A stretch of DNA of 56,855 bases, counting the filler, from Basidiobolus meristosporus CBS 931.73 (taxonomy: Eukaryota > Fungi > Basidiobolomycota): NCBI GenBank assembly GCA_002104905.1. It is 3 parts of 3 records of this genome, joined end to end, with 100 filler letters (N's around TTAATTAATTAA, not from the genome) between each part and the next. Parts side by side here need not be neighbours in the genome. Positions count along the whole stretch, not along the records: positions 44,156 to 56,855 come from MCFE01001229.1; 2 more parts are not named here. One strand, written 5' to 3'. The position numbers were made by a program, and so were the translations under genes. This document shows positions 47,395-56,855 of this stretch, piece after piece; within the stretch, counting starts at the first letter, position 1, and each line of letters opens with the position of its first letter. The notes below the pieces were generated by a model, which worked only from the letters and a program-made list of their open reading frames with translations, ran no database searches and had not been told where the DNA came from.

Positions 47395-48544
47395 TTACCA
47401 TTTCAGTAGCCTCTCTCCCTCCCAAGTGATGATACCACCTTTGACCTCATGGTCCCATACGCCTGGTTGGTAATCAAGGGAGTATTCCAAGTCTTCATTG
47501 GTCAGAGAGTCCCAGTATTTGTAGATCATCATTACTGAGAACAGCGTCGCTAATACGGTGAAGAATAGACCATCAGTGTAATGGGAAACTAGCTCACATA
47601 CTTCCGAACCAAAGTAATTGAACAGCACTTGCCCTCCGATGAACGACGCGGCCGACATAAAAATCACCCCTTGGATGAAACACAGTAAATAAAAAGCTCG
47701 GTAAGATTTGACAGCAGCCGACTTACCCAAGGGCCAGCGGTCAACAAGAGTATTCAGGATAAGAACCACTTGAAGTATGAAATACAGAACCAATGCTGCA
47801 CCATTCAGCACGTAGTATATCAACCATAGTAGCACGGGTTCCTGGGAGTTCAACCAAGGGGCCCAATCCTTAAACGTCCCAATTGACAGGATAAAGACCA
47901 CCAGGGTGATAAGCGCGGTGGAGATTCGAATTGACCATAGCGAGAATGCTGTCCCATCCTCGGCGAATTGGAAGCCCACGAACCCGTTCAACAGGAGGCA
48001 CCATATGGAACCAGAGATCAATCCCAGCTGCACGCCTACAAACCACTATGAGAGGAGGTTAACAAAACGCGCGGTTGCGACCATTCAGGGAGCCAATGCT
48101 ATACCGGATATGCCGGGGAAGGCAATGATATAAACCCACTGATCAGCAAGAACTCAGTGAACACGGTGATGAGGTACACGTAAAAGAAGCAAAGCATTTC
48201 TTCTCTTCCTGCAGACATACGGTTAATGGTGGTCTGTGGGATGGAAGATCAGGCACTTACCAACTGCAGTGTATTTGGTGCGTGTGCAATAAATGATGAA
48301 CCCTGTGATGATTATGACCACAATGTAAACAGCCAATGTACCTAATTTAAGCTTGCTCTTAGCCTTGATTTCAGAAAATCATTTGCCTGGTAACATTACC
48401 TGGATTAAAGATCAGATATCCGCCCACATCCAGGTTTCGAGCCATGCAACTCGAGAGGATTCTGCTTTCCACAGGACCCACGAGGGGACACAAGGGTAAG
48501 GACATGGTCTGGCAGATATGGTTGAAGTGGCCAAGCTGAAGCAT
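47395..48544 (-). CDS. CHS7: Chitin synthase export chaperone Chs7 (5 exons)
   Basis: Spliced translation ICQTMSLPLCPLV...CMARNL...RTKYTAVGREEM...CLLLNGFVGFQFAEDGT...MIYKYWDSLTNEDLEY. Confidence 0.95.
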
Positions 48545-48857
48545 GATGAATAGTGGAGTTGTTCAGCGCTGACAATTGCTCTCACGGAGAGAAACGCATC
48601 TGAGCATTTGCTTATAAGTGACGTTCAGAAGGTTGGCGTCTTCAGTTGACTAATTAGTATGGCTGAGGTGTTGATTAATCCTATCCGCGCAATACCCAAA
48701 TGAATTTTGCTTTACGCCGCCCACCAAGGAAACAGCATTGGTCAATGGATAAATGACTGTGAATATTATGGAACTTGGTAAAATGATGGATAAATGACTG
48801 GACATATCGTGGAATTTGGTTAAATGGTTGGGAATTGCACAGAGTTGCGGGGGACGT

Positions 48858-49715
48858 TTATTCTTGTGAGGAGCCGTCAGTAAAAATGAACTGTTTCAAT
48901 TTGGTGTAGGCCTCATCCAGGTCATCGTTGACGATGATGATGTCGTGAGAGCCTGGCTGCTTGGCATAATCCAACTCTCCACTTGCAGCGTCCAATCTGC
49001 TTCTTAGACTAGTCTCGGTCTCGGTTCCACGATCACGAAGCCTTTGCTCTAACGCCTCCAGAGAAGGAGGTGAGACAAACACAAACCTAGCGTTCAGGTT
49101 GGATTTTTTCACCGACTTCACCCCTTGCTATGATCCGGAAATTTAGAACAATATCGAGGGGCGAGGGAGAAGGCGGCCGAACGCTTACCATGTCGATATC
49201 GAGCACGCACAGCTTCCCGCTCTTTGAAACATTCCGAATGGCTTCCAAACTTGTCCCTACAACCCCGGTTTAGTTCGTACTCTCGAGAGTAGTCTTGCGA
49301 AACGCTCAGTACCGTACAAATTCCCGCTGAATTCCGCGTGCTCCACGAATCGCTCTTTCCGGATTTCTTCCTCCATTTGCCTCCTATCTACAAAATGGTA
49401 ACTTACTCCAGGGATTTCACCTGGACGAGGCTTGCGCGTGGTGTCTAACCCCAAAAAAACGTTGAATTCATGCCCTCGTCAAACCACACACGTGAAGACC
49501 TACGTGACACGCTGAAGCCAAACTTCTCTGGGTACTCGGCGAAGAGTTTGGTGAGCAAGGTGCTCTTCCCACTGCCGGAAGGCCCCGAGACCACTATTGG
49601 CCCTACAAGTAACAAACGTCTCAGGGAAGGATCTCGGTAAGCGGGCTTTATCAGGGGGCTTACTTGTGGAGTATCTTCTCACTGACGTGCGTAACAAGGA
49701 GCCGAATATGGACAT
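48858..49715 (-). CDS. GUK1: Guanylate kinase (5 exons)
   Basis: [70 protein letters not shown]. Confidence 0.96.
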
Positions 49716-49961
49716 GGTGGAGAGGTTGGAAAGGGAATTGACCCAGAAAATTTCCAGTAAATGGTGGTTGGATCGCAACAAATTTTCAGTCGAGTTGGAT
49801 GAATATGCCAGACAGGCTGATCACTTTAATGATTATATATTGGGTTATATCTGAGGAACTGGATTCAATACTAGCAACAGGGGGGGTCATAAAGGGTGAT
49901 TTCTGGCATATCCAGGCCATCATACAGGAGCTCGAGAATCTATATTTGATATGGCAGCTGC

Positions 49962-50523
49962 TTAGGACTCCATGGCGGTCTCTTCTTCGTCGGAGGAGGA
50001 GTCGTCACCTTGCGCCTGCGCTTGGGCAGAAGCGGGAGTATTACGGCGGTTTGCCTTTGCCTCACGCAGTCTTTGTACGGTGCTGTGGTTGCTGTGAATG
50101 CACTCGTTGTACAAGTCGCACAGCTGCTTTCCGACCTACACCATATATCATTAGTACTCGACCAACGAAGCAGATACGTCTCGACCTACCTGATAGGCGC
50201 TATCATCCTCCAGGGTGGTGTTGAATTCGTCGCTCATGATCTGGAACAGAATCTCCTCAATATCCTCGGCATACACGTTACGTCCATCTAGAAAGAGTAG
50301 GGTTGGTAAGCGAGGTGAGTACGTCGAGGTTGGGCCGAGTTGGCTTCGTTGAAAGGACTTTACTTTGACCAAAATAGTTGACGATGGTGTCGACCAACCA
50401 TTCCTGCTTGGCAACTGAGTCGACACCTCCCCACTCCATCTCCACCGCAAGCTTCAGGGCCGTCCAGTTTTCGAAGATCAGGGTGACACCCTCGGTGAAA
50501 GCAACTTGGTTTGGATGAGGCAT
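49962..50523 (-). CDS. TSR2: Pre-rRNA-processing protein Tsr2 (3 exons)
   Basis: FENWTALKLAVEMEWGG, EDIEEILFQIMSDEFNTTLEDDSAYQV, acidic C-terminal tail. Confidence 0.92.
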
Positions 50524-51478
50524 TTCTAGAAGCACGCTAAGGGCAAAGCCAGACCATGTGGCCAGGACACTGCTAAACTACGGGCAGGATTTTTTTTTAA
50601 TTTCAAGGGAGCAGGTGTGATTGGACACGGGGGGAATTTCATTCATCCCATAACCCAATACACATTACATAAAGGTGGTGGGTCTTGCACCAGGACCCAT
50701 CGGGTTCGGGTAGTGATTTGAGTCGAGGTCGGCCGCGTTGTCGAGCTTGACCGATTCCTGCCCCTTTAAATCAATTTTTGGCCTCCCATTCATTGGGAGA
50801 TTCTGAGGCGAAAAAGATTCGACGGGTGGTAAAGATTTGGCTTGGCACGGGTAAGGGTGTGGGTGTGGGTGCAGGTGCGGACACGGATGCATATGGGGCC
50901 GGGCCAGGCTGGGCGTGGATTTAGATGAAATACACGCTCGACACACGAATGATCTCACGAAACATTTCGATTTCAGCGGATGCGATTGATGGACTAATCT
51001 CCACATTGATTTGGTAGAAGTGCTTATTTTTATCCTCATCGATGGATTAGGTGGTTTGGCCAAGGGGAGCCCTATTCCATTTTGGGTGTTCTGACACTTC
51101 CACAACCCCGTCTCGCTCCCACTGCCACTCTCACTCTCACTCTCACTCCCATTTCCACCTGCGCTCTCTTTGGTCTTCGTCAGCCCACCCGAGTGAGGTG
51201 TCACTTTCCTGGGCAAGCCACTGCGCGCAGGCCCAAGACTCCATCTGCAGCGGTTTCGTGTGGAAACAGATGAGGTGGGTAATTCTTGTTCTAACCGAAA
51301 TTGGAATGGACATCCGTATGCAGCTCACCTGAATCCATATCAGTCCAATGATAAGCCATCGCTGCAGTATATAAGCCGGCAGCAGTCAAGGAATCCCCAA
51401 AACTCCGTGAACGACCATCAACTCTCTGCACATCCACATTGCAACCCACCACGCATTTCTAGTCTGCTCGACCCACCC

Positions 51479-52066
51479 ATGATTGACATCCAAACGAATC
51501 TCCCCTTTTCGGTTGGTAAGGAGAATCGAAATCTGTCGCGAAGACTCACCCGATTTCTCGAGAAGTTCAAAGGGGACCCGCTGGAAGATCACCAGCGGCT
51601 CATCCTCAACCCTGGATATAGCGAGTCGGATTCCGAGTTCGAGTCCGAAACAGGGTCCCCTCCACTCCCTTCCCCCCTCGACGAGCTGTACTTTGACGAG
51701 AACTTCCCCGAACCGGTCGGTGTGCTCTACCAGGACACCTTCGTCACTTTACACGAGGATCACATGGCCATCCACGACTACTTCGTCCCCACCCCGCAGC
51801 CGAAGCAGATCCACTACCGAGAGATAGCCCGCGTGTACGACGCGCAGGAGATGAGGTTCTCCCACCACCAGAGCAAGGTGTGGGGCTCACCGTTGGCCGG
51901 TAACTGGTGGACCTTGGACAAACGCGCCGCCCGAAAGTACGACACGATGGTCTTGACTCTGCACAACTCGAAGCGTATCGGGGTCTCGATCAAAGACTCG
52001 GATCAGATTGACTACGTGAAGCGATTGGTTCAGGAGGCCAACGATTCCGTGGTGCTAATCGAATGA
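51479..52066 (+). CDS. Hypothetical protein with a C-terminal PH-like domain (~195 aa from the first in-frame ATG; the frame is open from 51260)
   Basis: GC3-rich coding-like sequence; YQDTFVTL...DYFVPT..PKQIHYREI...KVWGS...WWTLD.R pattern. Confidence 0.65.
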   Translation: MIDIQTNLPFSVGKENRNLSRRLTRFLEKFKGDPLEDHQRLILNPGYSESDSEFESETGSPPLPSPLDELYFDENFPEPVGVLYQDTFVTLHEDHMAIHDYFVPTPQPKQIHYREIARVYDAQEMRFSHHQSKVWGSPLAGNWWTLDKRAARKYDTMVLTLHNSKRIGVSIKDSDQIDYVKRLVQEANDSVVLIE

Positions 52067-52114
52067 CCCCCCACCACCGCCACCTGCTTCAGTCTTCTCC
52101 AGCTGTACATAGCA

Positions 52115-52230
52115 TGCAAATCCGAATCCGAATCGCCATCAGAATTCAAATCCAAATCCATATCCATATTCATATTCATATCCAAATCCAAATCCAAATC
52201 CCATATTCATGTCCACATCTATGTATATGA
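52115..52230. repeat. Degenerate hexamer microsatellite (ATCCAA / ATATTC units)
   Basis: Directly visible 6-bp periodicity; similar hexamer runs at ~50850-50900 and ~51115-51150. Confidence 0.8.
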
Positions 52231-52419
52231 CCCTTCCAAGTGACCTTCCAAAATCTAACCCGTTTCTGTCCATATATCCTGAATAAATCATCCATCACGT
52301 GAGCTGGGTTTCAATGGGTTTATCTGACTCCTGGTTGGAGGAAAACGGTGGGTGATCTATGGAACATGTACAGAGGAATCGAATCTATGAAACATTGAGG
52401 TCGTTCTAATATAAACATA

Positions 52420-54758
52420 TCAGTTGGTTGAGGACTGATCTACCTCCGACCCATCGGACTCGTCAGAGTGGCCAAACGACGGCCGCCAGTCGACCACACA
52501 ATTGGAGTGCTCCCCGGCCCTCACCTCTTGGCACCTTTCCATAACGATGCTTTCGTGGTCGAGGGCCAAGGGCACGTTAGGCACCTCTTCCAACGTGTCC
52601 GAATACTCCCGCTTCATGTAGGGTCGTGGGGGTGGACTCAATGGGGTGAACGCGGGCTGGTACTTCGGCTTCACCGAGGGCAAAGGCTTGACGGGGGATG
52701 GCTCTTGGCTGATGGAGCTTGCGGTGCTTGGGCTGGCTGGGATCAGTATGCTGGTGTCGGATCCGGCCGGGTCCAGCTGAATGTCCGTCTTGAGGGGCTG
52801 CTGGGAGCCGTTATGCTCCAGTTTGATCTCCTCCACGGTGGTTGCGCTGCTGGACTTGGAGGTGGGGCCGGTTGTATCGGAGGGGTCGTGCACTCGGGTG
52901 CTGTTTAGGACAGCTGCGTAAGTGGCATTCTCGTCAGTTCCCCGGATGGACAGTATCACGAACACCGGGGTGAAGCAAATCAATCCAGACAAGATGGCCA
53001 ACGTGACCATGACCATATGGCCCGGTACGGTGGACGAGAAGTGGACCCCTTGAAGCGGTAACGCCACCGCCTGGATCATGTACCCGACTCCAGCCAAGAA
53101 GCACAGTAACGAGAGCTGCGGTTACAAGGTAGGTGCACGGATGAGTGTCGGCCACAGAGAGAATGGCTAAATGGGATTGGACTTTACCTTTCGGAAGCTG
53201 CTCTTGGTACGCGCTGACATACAGAGCGTCTTCATACCCCGATAAAATTGGAGTCCTAGCCAATCAAGGTCCGGTTAGTACGCAACATCCATCAATCCTG
53301 TCTACCACCGAGGGAACCTACCGAAGTACAAGAAAGAGATGCTCTGTCCCAAGTAGAGGATGGGTATGTAGAAGCTGTAAAGTCGCACGATAACACGGTT
53401 CCTGTCGATGTAGGGATGAATCTGCCGGATGATCAGCAGCACCAGCATGATGATGTTGTTGCAGATGGCGAAGATCCCCCAGATGATCGAGAGCTTGTAG
53501 ATGCGTCGTTTGAAGAGTTTCGCCAGGATCTGGCCCCTAAACAATGGTTGAGGTCAAGTCAGTCGCGGTTGAAATGCCGGGGGAGCTGTCTATGTCTCCT
53601 TACCACTTCAGCTGGACAAAGCCGTAACCACTGAAGGCTATTAGCTTCATCACGTGGTAGACGAGGTCCAGTGAAACGAGAGGTTCATTGGATGAAAGTC
53701 TAAGCAGGGAGCCTTATGTACAGGGAAATGTCAGGTTGGTCGGTCGTGGCGTTGAAAAAGCCCGGTGTTGCGGGACTTACCCAAGAACCAGGTAACGGAG
53801 GAGACGTAGAGGATGATCCTGGTGTCAATCACCCAACCCTCCTGGTAAAACAAGTTGATGATCTGGCACCAAGCGTACACCAAGGAAAAGAAGATCTGCC
53901 AACGGGCCTGGTTAGTAAGTGGTGCGTGTATATAGGGGTAAAATAAGGTTCCTATACCATGACAAAGAGAGTTCTATTGTCCAGGGCGAGGACGTATCGG
54001 TTGTGTTCCTCGGTAAAAGGCCCGTGCACTTCAGCTGGTATGTAAAGTCAGCGAGGTTCATGACGAACAGTTCCTAAGGTGAACTTACGGTGGTTAAAAC
54101 GCAGCAACATCGCCCCGGTCCGGTCGGTTACTTCCACGATGTATCGGCCGGTCTCTTCGTCGGTGACCGTCAAGTAGTTAAGGCAATCAGGGCCAGCCTT
54201 TTCGACCAAGTTGACGGGGTCCCTGTATTTGAACTTTCTCAGGTGGGGCGAGGTGAAAAGGAAGGTGATGATGGGACGAGTTTGGGTCTCGAGGAACAAT
54301 GAAGGGTTGAACCCGTCGGTGAGTTTGAAGTTGGCGAGGAACTGGGTGAAGTGATTAGACGAGTGGTTAGGAAAGTGATTTCGAGGTGGCCTGGCTTGCT
54401 CTAAACTTACCTCTGCTATCCCACCACACTGATGGTCGGAGATCTCTTGCGAGGAGATGAGCAGTATGTAGCCACCCAAATGGCTCGTTCCAAGCTGGGT
54501 GTTGTTGAGAACAGGGGGATTGATGTAAAATTGGCATTCTTGTGGGTGGTAAAACGTGGGTCGAACAACAACCGCTGGGTTGTTATACGGAGCAAGGTTG
54601 GCGTAGGAGTGGGAGGGAAACACCTTTCCTCTATGATGTGCAGGGGATTCTTGGGTAATGTAGGCATGGGCAAGGGATGGTAACACCAGCAGCAACAATC
54701 CGATCAATGTTACAGTGATGATGCATGAACGATATCGTCTACTTGATATCCATGACAT
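52420..54758 (-). CDS. Receptor-like membrane protein: signal peptide, ~230-aa ectodomain, seven hydrophobic segments, Ser/Pro-rich tail (~650 aa, 7 exons)
   Basis: ORFs 54048..54758, 53302..53544 and 52420..53097 join in frame through six GT-AG introns with small intervening exons. Confidence 0.8.
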
Positions 54759-56033
54759 GATTCAAGTCTCTAGTGATCTCTAAGTAAAGTCGAAATGGAC
54801 TTCCCTCTTCCCGTCAACATTTATATAAACCGGCCCTACTCCAGGTCTGTATGGAACTTTCGTCAACTGGTCATTCACCCAACAAAGCCTGCTGATTCTG
54901 GATTTGGTTCGGAAAACATCTAGGCCGAGAGTCCAAAGAAAACTTTCCATTGGCGGGGCAACGTTTCTCCTACAAATCCAACCATCCCACCACCATTTCT
55001 CCGATATTCAGACCCATGATCTGCTGCGTCTGATTCGTCCTTTGCACATCGGTCAAGCTGAGTTCTCTCGTGGATGTGGATACTGAGCCAATCGTGGAAT
55101 TTTGCTGAATCTCTGGCTCGATTTACGGTTGAAATATTCGTATATGGAACTTGATGATCTTCCTAACTACATTGTAGTTTGATTCGGTGCCTACTGATTG
55201 GGGCATATTCCATGGGTTGGTTTCTTTTGGGATTTTCCCTTGTTGACCTCCACATTTCATGGAAATATCCTCTTCTGGTTTAGTGGTTTTTCTGCACGAG
55301 ACCATCGTGATAGTATGATTTCCAATGAATTGGTCTTCGTCTTATACACCAAATTACACAGCAATCGTCAAGACTTTCCACTTAAATGTGAACGATCAGG
55401 GGGGGGGCTATATGTGATGTTAACCATGTGGAGCATACCCAGCATACTTCTTGACGGCTTGGTAGGTGCATCATCAGTTCCGCATTGAAGCGGCTTAGTA
55501 GCAATATGCCATTGATTGTTGCGTTGAAGTTGTTGTTACATCTTCTCATGAGTTTTAGGATTTAGCTTGCAGGATATTAGGTGGTTCCCAGCATTAATGA
55601 AGTCCTGGATGCTATCAAAATTTTCAAATATATCTACATGACCCTGAATTTTGCACGCAGCATCCTGATACCTTGCTCTGAAGATTCTTTCCATTGGCTC
55701 TAAGAAGCCCATCACAAAGTGCACACACTTTATTTTGTTGTAGGTTTTGTATCAACACCTGAATGCTGCATGTATTTGGTCAATCTTACTATTTCTTGCC
55801 CAAATACTTGATTGCAATTTCTTGTGCATATTAAATGTGTCTGGTCCACCAAGACCATGAAAAGGATGGGTGATACTTTTGCATGTTGCAAATTTTGTAA
55901 TTATACCTACACATTGATGTAGGAATCTAAGGAGTATTGGAAGTGATTTGGAGAAATAGAAGAGCTGCACAATGCTCATTTGTATGGAAAACTCCCTTGC
56001 TACACCTGAATACTCACCTAACTGAGTCACTTT

Positions 56034-56459
56034 TGTTGTGAGAATTTCGGAGATATTGGAAGTGACTGGGAGAACAAGTAGATGATGTGGTTTTCACATA
56101 ATGACTTATTGAATGTAAAAGTGGTATTTATACTTTTACATGAACTTGGCATAACAAACACATAGAAAAGACTTAGGAAGGTCCCAAGAGCATGTGTGCA
56201 AGGTTTGGGGCTGTTTGGACAACTTTGAGAATTTTCATGTTCTGGGTGTTGTAAGAGTCTTGGAGATATTGGAAGTGATTGGGAGAACAAGTAGATTATG
56301 TGGTTTTCACTTAATGATTTATTGATTATAAAGTAGTATTTATACTTTTACATGGTCTTGGCATTACAAACACGTAGAATAGGTTAAGGAAGGTCCCAAG
56401 AACATGTGTGCAAAGTTTGGGGCTGTTTGGACAACTTTGAGAATTTTCATGTTCTGGGT
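56034..56459. repeat. Two tandem 213-bp units, with a more diverged relative at ~55760-56000
   Basis: Units 56034-56246 and 56247-56459, each starting TGTTGT; CpG-poor. Confidence 0.85.
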
Positions 56460-56855
56460 AAATATTCTAAGTAAATCCCGACAAGGAATTTGGTCAGTAT
56501 TCTCTAGGATTTGAAGGTGATGATCTAAGTGACTAAGTTAGGTGAATATTTAGGTGGAAAATACAAATTTTTACAACACTCCCACTCAGCTAAATGTTCA
56601 TACTGACTAGTCCTAATTTTGACCTAAGATATTCAAACTTGTCTCTAGCTAATGGTTTGGTAAATATGTCTGCAATCATTTCATCTGTAGGACAGTAAAC
56701 TAAGCTAACTAAGTTATTCTCTATAGCTTCACGTATGAAATGATGTCTAATATCTATATGCTTGGTTCTAGCATGAAAAGTTGGATTTCTACCTAATTGT
56801 ATACATCCTTGATTATCTTGAAATAAAGTAATAGGCGTTTTTTGACATAGGCCTA
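56460..56855 (-). mobile_element. 3' end of a Ty1/copia retrotransposon (RNase H, PPT, start of 3' LTR)
   Basis: Minus-strand 56590-56855 reads QDNQGCIQL..NPTFHARTKHIDIRHHFIRE...YCPTDEMIADIFTKPL. PPT GAGTGGGAG at 56579-56587, then TGTTG from 56578. Confidence 0.93.

Noticed and set aside
50665-51216. 183-aa minus-strand ORF with ESESESGS and HPHPHP runs
   Set aside because: The repeats come from hexamer microsatellites in an intergenic or promoter region; no supporting motif, though a real gene cannot be fully excluded.
55536-56290. Possible ubiquitin-protease-like coding remnant
   Set aside because: Only vague motif resemblance in frames full of stops; not supportable.
1-56855. tRNA, rRNA or other structured ncRNA genes
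   Set aside because: No convincing cloverleaf, A/B-box pair or rRNA signature seen by eye; tRNAscan-SE and Infernal would be needed to exclude them.

Overview
Eukaryotic (fungal) DNA made of three separate contigs joined by artificial 100-bp linkers (44 N + TTAATTAATTAA + 44 N) at 24315-24414 and 44056-44155, so adjacency across the linkers means nothing. Chs7, Tvp18, a fungal-type Ilv5 and 55-75 nt GT-AG introns indicate a fungus; an early-diverging, Basidiobolus-like lineage is my inference. Contig 1 (1-24314) is a CpG-depleted transposon nest whose insertion order can be read from TSDs: decayed Ty3/gypsy elements, solo LTRs, a CACTA-like fragment, and three copies of one PIF/Harbinger-superfamily (PHIS) DNA transposon, two of them inserted into an older third copy. 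Contig 2 (24415-44055) carries the most interesting structure, a ~17 kb tandem array of a convergent two-gene cassette. One gene (7 copies or remnants, - strand, 3 exons) encodes a signal-peptide, GPI-tailed periplasmic-binding-protein-like protein resembling the cobalamin acquisition protein CBA1, with hypervariable loops. The other (8 copies or remnants, + strand) encodes a small secreted precursor with an acidic pro-region and a C-terminal Gly/Arg/Trp/Tyr-rich cationic peptide. TVP18 and a partial membrane-protein gene follow. Contig 3 (44156-56855) has a head-to-head, ~99% identical ILV5 pair, then CHS7, GUK1, TSR2, a PH-like domain gene, a 7TM receptor-like gene with a large ectodomain, a 213-bp tandem repeat and the 3' end of a Ty1/copia element. 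Homology calls are by eye from motif recognition; no searches were run.
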